Source of the DNA: Lingula anatina
Lineage: Eukaryota; Animalia; Brachiopoda
Assembly: GCA_051362555.1 (NCBI GenBank)
Contig: CM120649.1
Coordinates: forward strand, 12,214,001 to 12,278,000
DNA length: 64,000 nucleotides
Direction: 5' to 3'
Position 1 is the first letter of the stretch; each line of letters begins with the position of its first letter. The notes under the pieces are model-generated. The model did no database searches. It had not been told where the DNA came from and saw only the letters and a list, made by a program, of their open reading frames with translations. Shown here piece by piece: positions 24,401-37,700 of this stretch. Position numbers and translations under genes: made by a program.

Positions 24401-27400
24401 CAAAATTTCTGTGAAAAATAATTAAATGAATTCAAGACATCTGCACTTAAAGAAACTTCTACATTCCACTGTGTGAGCTGTGAAAAGTGATTAAATTAAA
24501 ATCAATTCATGACATCTGCACTAAATGAAATTTCTATATTTCAGGATACCTGAAGTTAAAAGAAACTAGAGGATCAGAGAGGCGATACCGCCTCCAAATA
24601 TTGTACCACCAGCTGGAGCAAACGCATTCGTATAGACCCCCACATACACAAAATAAGGGACACAGCCACCAGTTTTGTGCTTGACAAGCTGTAAAAATGC
24701 AATCAACAAGAATTTTTAAACCATTGCAAAAAATATATATGGTACAATCAAATTTAAGTTCTTCGTAAGGTAGGTCAAGGGTCAATTTCAAGGTCACAGT
24801 AAATTGCCAGTATATGACTTCCTATTCAAGTTCAAGAGTAACTATGGACCTATCTCTGTCAAGTTTGAAGTTAAAAGAGAAAGAAATAAACAGAGTTCAG
24901 TTCATGATAAAAAGTAGGTCAAAGGTCAATTTCAAGGTCACACTTAGATTGCCAGTATAGGACTTCCTATTCAACTTCAATAGTAACTATGGACCTATCT
25001 CAGCCAGTTTTGGAGATAAAAGGGAAGCAAAATTTGCAAAATTCAGTTCATGGTGAAAAGTAGGTCAAAGGTCAATTTCAAGGTCACATTTAGATTGCCA
25101 GTATATGACTTTCTATTCAAGTTCAATAGTAACTATGGACCTATCTCAGCCAGTTTTGGAGATAAAAGGGAAGAAAAGTTTGCAAAGTTCAGTTCATGGT
25201 GAAAAGTAGGTCAAAGGTCAATTTCAAGGTCACATATAGATTGCCAGTATATGACTTCCTATTCAAGTTCAATAGTAACTATGGACCTATCTCTGCCAGT
25301 TTTGGAGATAAAAGGGAAGCAAATTTTGCAAAGTTCAGTTTATGGTGAAAAGTAGGTCAAAGGTCAATTTCAAGGTCACATTTAGATTGCCAGTATATGA
25401 CTTCCTATTCAAGTTCAATAGTAACTATGGACCTATCTCTGCCAGTTTTGGAGATAAAAGGGAAGCAAATTTTGCAAAGTTCAGTTTATGGTGAAAAGTA
25501 GGTCAAAGGTCAATTTCAAGGTCACATTTAGATTGCCAGTATATGACTTCCTATTCAAGTTCAATAGTAACTATGGACCTATCTCAGCCAGTTTTGGAGA
25601 TAAAAGGAAAGCAAAATTTGCAAAATTCAGTTCATGGTGAAAAGTAGGTCAAAGGTCAATTTTAATGTCACATATAGATTGCCAGTATATGACTTCCTAT
25701 TCAAGTTCAATAGTAACTACGGACCTATCTCTGCCAGTTTTGGAGATAAAAGGAAAGCAAAATTTGCAAAAAAAAAATGTTAAGGTCACATTTAGATTGC
25801 CAGTATATGACTTCCTATTCAAGTTCAATAGTAACTATGGACCTATCTCTGCCAGTTTTGGAGATAAAAGGGAAGAAAAATTTGCAAAGTTCAGTTCATG
25901 GTGAAAAGTAGGTCAAAGGTCAATTTCAAGGTCATAGTAAGATTGCCAGTATATGACTTCCTATTCAACTTCAATAGTAACTATGGACCTATCTCTGCCA
26001 GTTTTGGAGATATAAGGGACTAGATGTTATAATTTTGGAGTTACCATAATGTGCCTTAAATTTCGTACAGAAAAAATTAATTAAAATAAAGAAAATGTCA
26101 TTTTGGTCAAAATTCTTGAAATAGGAGGTGCTCTGAAGTTTCAGAAGTTCAAATTTGATGAAATAATGTCATTTTTGAACACAAGTTGTCTGCTTTGCCA
26201 AGCCTTATGTTTTATTTTTCCAGAGTTCAAAATTTATTATCCATTACCGTACTGCACATTTTGCTTTTACCACCAATATGTACTTTTTGATACAGCGTAA
26301 CTCGAAAACCGTATGGAATACAAAAAAACCCGAGACCACCTCCAGTGTTGGGCTTTACATGCTCTACAAAATGCAAAAAAGAATGGGTCTCTAGCATTAA
26401 CGGTTCCCGAATTAGAGACAGTTTTCAGTTTCGGTATCTTATGGCCGCTACTCCCGTGAAAATGCACCGATTGACCCCAAGTTCATGGAGATGAAAGATG
26501 ACCTGAAGGGTAACACTTTCCAATAATATTATTGGTTAAGTCTGTGTGGTGTCTGAATAACAGGGCAAAAAAAATTTTTTTCGTAAAAAATTTCATTTTT
26601 TTGAAAATTTTGGCCCATTTGACCTTGAAGTAGAGGTCAAAGGTCAAATCCAAGGGTATATTTGAAATCTACACATATGACTTTTGGAAAACCGGCTATA
26701 GAAATTTTTCCCATAACTCCTTCCGTAGGGTAGATAATTAGCATTTAATTTTGCCATTTTTAGACAAGGGTGCATTGCAATGAGTGCCACACCCAGACCC
26801 CAATACCGACAAAGCCTAAATTTTACGTGGAACGAGTTGAGATTATAGGTGACCTAAATCCATGAGATGGGTACGGGGGCCCTTACCGTCTAGGAGGAGA
26901 AGCGGTAACGGTAGCCGTCCGGCGGAGCCGGCGGAGCCAACGGAGCCGGCGGAACGATCCGGACGGGACCGAAACCATGTGTACCGCCAGCGCTAACGCT
27001 GGTGGTACAATTAAATGAATTTATGACATCTGCACTAAATGAAATTTTTATATTTCAGGATACCTGAAGTTAAAGGAGATTAAATGAATTCATGACATCT
27101 GCACTAAATGAAATTTCTATATTTCAGGAAACCTGAAGTTAAAACTGTTTAAATGAACTTATGACATCTGCACTAAATGAAATTTCTATATTTCAGGATA
27201 CCTGAAGTCAAAGGTGATAAGATGAATTACAACTGCACTAAACAAAATTTCTGTGAAAAATAATTAAATGAATTCAAGACATCTGCACTTAAAGAAACTT
27301 CTACATTCCACTGTGTGAGCTGTGAAAAGTGATTAAATTAAAATCAATTCATGACATCTGCACTAAAATTTCTATATGTCACTGTTTGGACTGGGTAGAA

Positions 27401-27572
27401 TTGAGTTGTTTATGAATGGAAACTGCTAAATTCATTTCACAATCAGAAAGTGCATTTAAGTTTAAACCTTTCCTATTTTAAGGACGCAAAGGTAGAAAAT
27501 GAAAATCATTATGGCTGTTTTAATATCAGTGCTTAAGAGGATATGTTGCAGGCAGCAACATAATTTTGTTCT

Positions 27573-27613
<41 letters not shown>

Positions 27614-30600
27614 CTGCATTTCTTTTTCATCACACGCTTCCATCTAGCTTACCTTTTGGAATTGTCCCTAGACTTTTTGCCTTTGAGAAAAGGTTTTCAG
27701 CATTCCAAAAGTGTGGAATTCTCGGGTACAGTTGCCATCCTTCCTCCGGCAAATAAATCCCTAGGCTTAGCAGTAGGCAGCGAAAGGCTTTATCCTGTAA
27801 AATGGCTTCCTGTGCACCGCTAAAGGGAATCACAGGAACGGACTTGTCTTGTGCTGTAATGTACAATTTCTTCATGAAAGCAATATTCCCAGCCTTCCCA
27901 GTTAAAATGCATGAATATTATTTTGGAAGATGAAATCAGAAAAATATTGCATTTCCTTTATTCAAAATTAGTATGCCCATTCTCCTCAATGTCTACTTTA
28001 AATTCAAATGGTCACATAAACTAAATACTACTCTTTTAATATCTCACACGCATTCACATCTGCTGCTTTGCAAAATATGCCACATGAGCTACACAACCAC
28101 ATCTGCCCTATTTACTTCTAAACCAATGCCACATCTGCCCCATTCACTTCTAAACCACATCTGCCCAATGCATACTTAAACCACTGCCACATTTGCCTGA
28201 TTTGCACCTCAAACACTGCCTCATTTGCCTTGGTGAGTTCCGCCACTGGTCCGCCAATCTTGCAAAATGCACACTTTGGAGCCGTTTGCACAATAAATAA
28301 ATAAATAAATAATTTTTTTAGAATCATGTACTTACCAACATAAAAATACAGGATTGGTTCTTCTACCTTTCCATAAATTTTCTTTCCACCTGTTGGAGGA
28401 AGAGATTGCTAATTTTAGTTACGTAAAACAGGCAAAAGTTGAGGACAAGGGGTTGCAGATTTTCTCACTTATTAACAGAATTGTGGCAGCTCTTTAACAC
28501 TAGTCAGAAGTTGTGAAATTGAAAACTTAAAAGTGTAAATCCCACTTCATTAGCGCTTTAGTCCAAATCATCACTTTGTATGAACGGATCAATGTAAGTG
28601 CTGGAAACCTACCGAGTTTTATATAGCAGACTTCCAGCAGCACCCTCTGAAGCCAGGCCAGATGTACCTGGTGGCCCTTCCCTTCCAGTTTCTTTACACA
28701 ACGATTCAAGATGGCAGCTGTATCTTGTACCAGAGATGCATCATCAGTGGATATTTCACTGTCTGTTGTTTCCTATATTTTTTTGTTCAAAAAAGGTGGC
28801 ATTTATTCGATATCCTTTTCCCCCTTCTAATTATAACCACTTTTGTATTCTAATTTACACAATGATTCAAGATGGCGGTTGTATCTTGTACTACAGATGC
28901 ATCATCAGTGGATATACCACTGTCTGTAGTTTCTTATATATATAATATAATGCCACATTTTTGGGGAAAAAAAAATTTTTTTTCCCCAAAAAATGTGGCA
29001 TTTATTCAATATCTTTTTTTCCTTCCTTCTAATTATAACCATTTTTGTATTCTAATTTACACAATGAATTAAGATGGCAGCTGTATCTTGTACTAAAGAT
29101 GCATCATCAGCGGATATACCACTGTCTGTAGTTTCCTATATTTTTTTTTTCAAAAAATGTGGCATATATTCAATATTTGTTCCCTTCCTTCTAATTATAA
29201 ACATTTTTGTATTCTAATTTACACAATGATTTAAGACGGCAGCTGAATTTTGTACTAGAAATGCATCATCAGTGGACGAAAAAATTGCTATAGAGTCCAT
29301 AGAGCGCATTCAGAGCAATAGACTAACAGATCCGCCGATCAAATATGGCCAACCCACTTGAATGCTTCTTGCCTAATCCTCGAGGGGAATCTATGCAGTG
29401 TCTAATCTGGAATTAAGCCGCCAGCCTTTTAGGCCGCATTCAAATAGAGTTGAGCCATGGCTCTACAGAGCCATGAACTAAATATGGCGGACATACATGA
29501 AAGGAAAACCGCTTAATCTTTTAATACCCTCTCCGCCTCTCACACACCTCCCAATGCATCGTCCCTGCGGGGGTACAGTCATTAAATCTCGGCTCCATTG
29601 GGACGACACTTGGGAGGCATGTGAGAGGCGGAGAGACTATTAAAAGACTAGGTGGTTTTCCTTTCATGTACATCCACCATATTTAGTTCGTGGCTTTGTA
29701 GAGCCATGGCTCAACTCCTTGTGAATGCAGTCTTAGTGAGTCACCATATTTGATCAACGAATCTGTAAAGTCCTGCAGGATTCCTACAGAGTAAACAGAG
29801 TGTTGTAGCCCCTCCCCCCTTCCTCCCAATTCTTTGACAACATGAACCTAAACATTTATAGCGAAAACAAACAAACAAAAAGACTTTTTATGATATGCAC
29901 ATACCACAGAACTGCCACATCCAATGACGTCAATCAAATTCATGGACTGGTCCGCCAGAAGTCCTAGGTGTGTCAACTGATTTGTCACCTATAATGACAA
30001 AAAATATTGTGAAAATACCACAAAAAGACTTATTGTTCCAAGCATAATTCCAAGTAGTGGGCTAGGCAATCTGTAGGTGGACACTAGAAAGAGAGGGAGT
30101 AAAAAAAAAAGAGAAAAACTAACCAACAGTGAGTGCTTTGGATATTCCATCCATAACAAACAGGGGCACCACTTCTGTAATATAATCTTTTCAAAATTTG
30201 AGAAGACCAATTATTATTTTTTGACCTAGCTCTATAGAACATATATATGTTGGGTGGCAGCTTTTCTATCAGTGTACTCAGCATGTGAATTTCAAATAAA
30301 ATTGATATTTGAATTTTTGGTAAATTTACTGACAAAGGACAAAAAAGAATAAAAAAAACTTCAAATAAAATTTGAAAAATATTTTGGTAACATAAGTTGT
30401 GCAAATATATCTATAATTACTCTATACTACAGCCTAAATACGGACTAGAAGATACTTGTGGACTTAAATACCCTTTTGGCCAATTTTGGCAAGACATTCA
30501 TACTTGTCAAAACTAGAAAATGCCAGAGAAGAAGATTGCCTCGTGTGACAAAAATAAATAAATAAATAAATAAATAATAAAACAATAAAAATGAAAAAAA

Positions 30601-33600
30601 AAAATCAAAAAGAGAAAAAGAAATCAAGCTTTTTGAATCATATGAAGAAATTGTCATGGTCTGATGTATTCAAAACTGCCATTCATAACTAACTTCTTAA
30701 AACTCAATTCTTGCTCGACATGTTATACCATGAAACTGGCCCTTTTACAGAATAATGTGAAACAGTAACTTAAATACAGAGAATCCTTTTATGTGTGTGA
30801 AAAACAATCAGGACAAAAGATTTCACTAAACCGGAACTCTCAATTAGACTGGCAGAGTTGACAAAAATGTTTGAAAAAAGCAAGTCTCAAGAAAAAACAC
30901 TAATAAATAGACACTCACAGCACACGATTTTAAGTTTAAAAAAATATTGAAATAATGATATGTAAAAATACATATAATCAACATAGCAAATAGAATAATA
31001 ATAATTAAATAAGAAAGAAAGTGCCAGGTATCCAATCTTTGTTTCCTTAAAAACTCCTGAAAAGAGTTGTCTACTTAAAAAGCATCCCTTTCCATACTAC
31101 AACATGACGTTTCTGAATTTAACAGTCGCCTTTAAAATTGCCTTTCTAAATAGACATCAAGGATGGTATATGTACAGACTGCAAACTTCTATTTAAAAAA
31201 GTAGAACTAAAATACACTGAAGTACAAGAGTTATCTTTTTCGAATTTAATGAGAAATTTTCAATCCAGCAACAGGAAAAACCTGTCTAAAAGAAGTTAAC
31301 ATTGTTTACTTGTTCACAGTTTTTTTGTGGTTTTCTGACCAACCATCAATAAATTTTACATCTTCCATGTTTTAGGATGTTATGAACTAAACACAAAAGT
31401 TAACATAACACCGGTATTGTGAACATTGCAAAAATACAGGAAAAACGTAATCAAATCATTCACATTCAAACTCCGCCTGCTACTTTGCCAAACAAATCTT
31501 AAATAAAACAGAAAAAAATAGTTTGACAGATATGGTGTAAAACAAATGTGTCAGACAGTAACAGTCACAGCTACAGCGACTGCATGTACATGAAAGGCAC
31601 AGACAGAAAAACCAGAACATATACAGACACTTACAGAGTCTGTATATAAAAATCCATCAAATTTCTATTGAACAGCAACTTAGCGTACCTTCCTTTTTTT
31701 TTTTTTTTTTTTTCAAAACAAACATCAATGAAAATATAGTTCACATGCCAAGTTATCTGTACACATAAGACACCATGAACAAACTTACCTGGGCTGTTCA
31801 TGTGCAATATATGAACAAAAAAGCTGCCAAACCTTTGCTGGTTGTGAAATGCAGGACCCAGGGGCCTGAGGAAGCCTGTACGTCCCCTGGAGCTAGACCC
31901 CCATCATCTGTTGCTAAGCAGTCCTGTCTTAGTGATCCACAGAGCTTATTTTGTCAATTTTTGTGATGTGTTTCTCAAAAAACATTAATTAAGAAAAAAA
32001 GCAAGCCTCTAGCAGATTGATAACTTAACAACAACATTTAATTGTGCTTTGCCTAATACATATAAAAAGAATATTTTTTCAAAAAAGAAAAAAAAAAATA
32101 ATAATAAATCAAAAAAATAATGATAACAAAGTATTCATCTCAAAGTTGAACATTAAATCTCAAAGTATTGTAATCAGAGGACTTGACCCTTGCTACATAA
32201 GTGAGCTAAGAAGATAAGAGGCTGGGAATCTAAAAAGATGATGCTACTGGAGCATGTCTGTCACACCAAAGCCAGGATGGAGGTGATGAAGCAAAAGAGT
32301 CCATAAGATTGGGGAAATTTTAGAAGCCTTTCCAGACAGATAAAACTACTTTCCACTATTCCATTTATGTGTCAAATCTCTGTAAAATGGAAAATACTGG
32401 CTAAAGATGATGAACAAGATGTTCCCATTTCAATGGTTGGATGAAGTGTATTGCTAAAAAGTGGGGGAAAATCATTATGTTGAGGCACTTTAAATGGTCT
32501 TCTTTAAAACTGGTTTAAGACACAGTATGTCTGTAAAAACTTCAAATGCTTCTATAGGACACTACTGCCCCCATGATTTGCATCATAACATGAGCTCCAC
32601 AACAGGCTTCTTCTCTATGATCTTACCACCTGTCATAGCCAAAAAAAAAAAAAAAAAAATCAAATTTCCTGTTTTGGTACCTAAGTTAACATGCAATTAA
32701 GATTTTTAACATGGCTGCCATATTAGTTGGCATAGTCAGCTCCAGGCTTCTTCCGAGATATATCCCTTATCACAAAATTTTCAAAACAGTTCACCTGAAA
32801 TTTCCTCCTCCTTCTTAATCTTAGCCTCATTAAGGGCAGTTGTCGTTTGTGACTTGAAGCTGCAAATTAGTGATTTTGATTGCTTTGATTGTGAAATATG
32901 TGACTTAAACTGCAATTTCATGGTCTGATTGCACAAATAACAACATTATTAACTGCGCATAATTTTTTTTTTTTTTTTGGCAAACTTTTTTCAATGCGAG
33001 GACCAGTAAAGTAGCTCAGGCTTTTTTGATAATATTAGAGGGGGTGAATGATTTCAGTTGCCATGCTCACTCAATGCATGAGCGATGTGGAAAATGTAAA
33101 GAAGTCCAGAGTTTACTTTTCAATGCCTTTTTTTTTTAGTACCATGCACTCTTGCATATTAAACATTACCTCTGTTGTCATTGAAAGATAAGCAAAATCC
33201 AAAAAAAAGAATTAAAGTTATGTATTTCTATCATGTACTATTCTTACTGTGTTTTAAAATGGGTTTAATGCACATCCAATAATTATAATCTCTGGCACAG
33301 ACAGTTTGTACCAAACGGGCAGGCAGGCAAGGGGACTAGCAGTTCAAAATTTTAAAACAATGCCCAGTCAGATAATGAATTTGCAATTCAAGTCATCAAT
33401 TGGGTGATCGAAATCACTTACCTGTGGCTTCAAGTCAAAAAGGACAATTTACTTTATAAGGCCTGGTATTAAAAAGGTAAAACATGGCAAACATCTAAAA
33501 TATGGCTGCAGTGTTGGTTGGTGAAACAAGCCACGAAACAATAGGCTTCTTTCCTGGCATATCTAGATAACGATACCAAATAGCAAGAACTTTTCTCTTT

Positions 33601-34681
33601 TTGTATTTAAGTAAGGGAGAAACAAAGATTTCTAAGATGTGCGTACATGCTTTAAAAATTTTTTACTGTGAAAAGTAGATCAATGTCATATTTATATTTG
33701 CCATTTATGATTTCTTATCCAAGTTCAGAAGTAACTATCCGTGTATCTCTTTTAGTTTTAGAGATAGGGGGGTTGAGGAATGAAGTGCGTGTAAGATTTT
33801 CAATTTTAATTATAGTTGCAGCCATACTGGGTGATCATATTGGAAATAATTGGCTATTTTTTTTTTGACACACCTCACATATCCATGCCAAATCACACAA
33901 ACTCTTTTTTTTTCTGCATACACATCAGAGTGTGATAAAGGTTATAGTGTAGAACAGACATAGTGCATAAACAGAGCAGAAATAGAGCAGATAGAGCAGA
34001 AATGCTATAATGCCCCTCACTTCGTGGGTACATAAAAAAAAATGTTAATATAAGACAATTTCTACAATTTACCATTGCTCATCATTGTGAGTCACCTAAG
34101 GTCCTCTTGAATCTCAACATTTTTTTTTTATATTAAAAAAAAACAAAAAAAAAAAAACACTCAGATGGGGTGGGGGTGGGGGGTCTCAACACACCTCGCA
34201 TCTTGTCTTAGATATCCCATGGTCCTCCAGCGCTTCCACGATCTTGTCGACCAAGTTCGGGTCACTTTCATGCTCTGTATAGGTCATAAACAGGATGTCC
34301 ACGTCTTCATCTGACCAGTGACTGTCCAGGGATTCCGTCTGATCACTAAAATAAAAAAAAAAGAAGAAAAAAAACAGGAGGATCAGAGACGCAAAGGTTA
34401 ATTACCAAAATCATGTTAATGCATTACAACAAAACAAACAAGAGAAAGAGACAAATAAGAGAAGATTTTGCAAACAAAAGTGACCTAGCACTGAAAAAGT
34501 GATAGTGAATCAACTGATTGTGAATAAGGCCCAAGACTGTGGTTGAGCCTACCTCTCAGACTCTGGAGAACCTGGCTCATCTTCCTTCATTTTCAGAAGT
34601 TGCTGGGCACAATGATAGGGGTCTCTCTCGGCAAGACGCTCAAATATCTTCAGAATGTACTCCACCAAGTCACTGGCATCC

Positions 34682-34730
<49 letters not shown>

Positions 34731-37700
34731 TAGACAGTTATTCAAAAGTTAACCTTTTTTCACGTCATGCTTGCAAAAATTCATTTGCTAAATAATTATA
34801 ATAAAGATTGCTACAAAATTGAAAAAAAAAATCAAAAATATTGTCACAAAAAATATTCGTTAAAATATCATTCAATGAAAAAAAAATTAATAAGTCTTGC
34901 TGGTGGGGCAACTTACCTCATTGAGAGGATACTGATGATGCGAGATCTCACTGAAGGTCTTTAAAATGTTTATCTGAAGTAGAGATTCCGGTTTCTCGCA
35001 GGGTCCAGCAATGTGGTGCATCATGGTGAAGATACACTCATTCACTGCAGGAACGTTCTCAGTGAAAGTCTCCAAAAGGCGTCCGTAATGCTGCATCACT
35101 TCCTCGGTGGCAAATCTACAGCATCACATATACATATATTATGTTCTTAAACGAGACAGCAAAACTGGCAAATATTCAGAAAATTAACAAAACAAATCTG
35201 AAGTAAGACAAAAATACTGTCTGGCACATGTAGGGTGAAAAGAAAGAAATCAGTGGCTCCAGTAAAGAAAACCTGTTGACACTGATTTTTGGTTGGAGCC
35301 TTGTTTTTTTTTTTTCCCATAGAGAGCAACTTGGTGATTTGGAAATGAGGAAAAATTACGACTCAGCACTTATGAAGTGAACAAGACAGGTGTCGGACAG
35401 TGCTGTCGGCAGACATATTGAACATGATCAGAATATGTACAGACAAAGTATCTGTGTATAAAACCACCATTTTACTGTATTCACCCTAAAAATCTCCAAA
35501 AGGTGTACATTATGCTCAAATAATTCTTCAGCTATCTCTGTTACTAAAGTTATATCACTAACTTACTGTTTAATGTGGTGCAGCATGTCAAAGTTCCCTG
35601 TAGGCGTGGCCTTCTGCAGCATGAGGATGTAGCTGTGGTTGGTAATGATCAGTTTCTTCAGGTAATCCAGGTTCTGAAGATGCGGCTGATACAAGCGGAT
35701 CAGGAGAAGGAACATCTGTCTAATGTCCTCCATGCTGGACAATTCGGCTGATAAAGAGAGAAAATTTGTCAGGTTTTGGAGAAAAAAAAATACTGATGGA
35801 AAAGCTTGGGTGAAAGCAGGGGCAACTTGCTCATTGGTTTTGATCTTGGAATGCACAGAGCACCATTGCTTTTCTTCCTTTCGGTTAAATTTACTTCCTT
35901 CCACCAATCATGACAGCCCTTAGTAAAATGAAAAGTTTGCAGCAAATTTACAGGAAATTTGCTGCAAACTAAAAGTTTCCGACAAGGAGTTAACAAGAAG
36001 ATTTATGTTGCTGCTATTATTTTTGCTGATATTTTTGTACATTTGCAAGAAGAGTTTGCAACAGGCCTGATATTTTGCTATGGCACATGGATAAATTGTT
36101 CCAAATAAGTCTTGCACTCACCATGCAAATTGAGAAGATACTCCTTGTCCTGCTGTTTAAGGGCTCTCTTCTTCTCAGTCATAAAGTACTCCACTGTCCA
36201 CAACATGTCATGGAGGGCAGCCACAGCCAGCTTCAGTCTATAAGAAATGAGGAGAGAAAGATACATCAGGGATGTGATTTGTGAGGGGTGGGGGCTGATA
36301 ATTGACAATGTTGTGCAATAATCCTTGAAAAGTTTTAAAAACTTAGTTAAAAATGAAGTAAAAAAAAAAAAAAATGAAATCAGGAAAAAACCTGAAAAAT
36401 CACATCCCTGATAAATAATTATGAAGTCACAGATGGTCATTGTCAAACACTGTCTATGAAAAACATGAAATCAAAAATGGTGGTGCTGTAAATAAAATGA
36501 AAATAGAAGAGGGCAGAAAAAATTGTAAAGATGCAGATAGCATATAAAGAGAAGGCAGAAGAAATGTGATGATGTAGATAACATATTAAAAGCTTCAGGT
36601 GTAAGTAAAGAAAGACAAGAAATAAAAAAAAAACTTTAAAAAAAACCTTTTAGATATTTCACTTATATTTACTTAATAGATTTCAAGTTATTTCAAATGT
36701 GTATTCTAAGAATTTTTCTGTAGTTAATGACCATCAAAATTTTCCAAAATGGCAGTCAATTTAGCTAAATTTTAACAAATATTTTCTGTAATTTTGTTTC
36801 GTAGCGTAGGAATTAGAAAATAGAAAGCGATTTGATGTATCATTATAGCCTGAAATCTCTGCTTTCTGTGACTGCTAAAGATCACAACTTTTAAAACTAG
36901 AGGATCAGAGAGGCGATACCGCCTCCGAATATTGTACCACCAGCTGGAGCAAGCGCATTCGTATAGACCCCCACATACACAAAATAAGGGACATAGCCGA
37001 CAGTTTTGTGCTTGACAAGCTGTAAAAATGCAATCAACAAGAATTTTTAAACTATTGCAAAAAACATATATGGTACAATCAAATTTAAGTTCTTCGTAAG
37101 GTAGGTCAAGGGTCAATTTCAAGGTCACAGTAAATTGCCAGTATATGACTTCCTATTCAAGTTCAAGAGTAACTATGGACCTGTCTCTGTCAAGTTTGAA
37201 GTTAAAAGAGAAAGAAATTAGCAGAGTTCAGTTCATGATAAAAAGTAGGTCAAAGGTCAATTTCAAGGTCACATTTAGATTGCCAGTATATGACTTTCTA
37301 TTCAAGTTCAATAGTAACTATGGACCTATCTCTGCCAGTTTTGGAGATAAAAGGGAAGCAAAATTTGCAAAGTTCAGTTTATGGTGAAAAGTAGGACAAA
37401 GGTCAATTTTAATGTCACATTTATAATGCCAGTATATGACTTCCTATTCAAGTTCAATAGTAACTACGGACCTATCTCAGCCAGTTTTGGAGATAAAAGG
37501 AAAGCAAAATTTGCAAAATTCAGTTTATGGTGTAAAGTAGGTCAAAGGTCAATTTTAAGGTCACATTTAGATTGCCAGTATATGACTTCCTTTTCAAGTT
37601 CAATAGTAACTATGGACCTATCTCTGCCAGTTTTGGAGATAAAAGGAAAGCAAAATTTGCAAAGTTCAGTTCATGGTGAAAAGTAGGTCAAAGGTCAATT

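Larger units (their letters stand above)
21940..27378. repeat. 68-69-bp tandem repeat containing the tim penultimate-exon acceptor, interrupted by two transposons
   Basis: Unit CAGGATACCTGAAGTTAAAGGAGATTAAATGAACTTATGACATCTGCACTAAATGAAATTTCTATATTT in blocks 21940-22070, 23790-24564 and 27013-27378. Confidence 0.92.
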
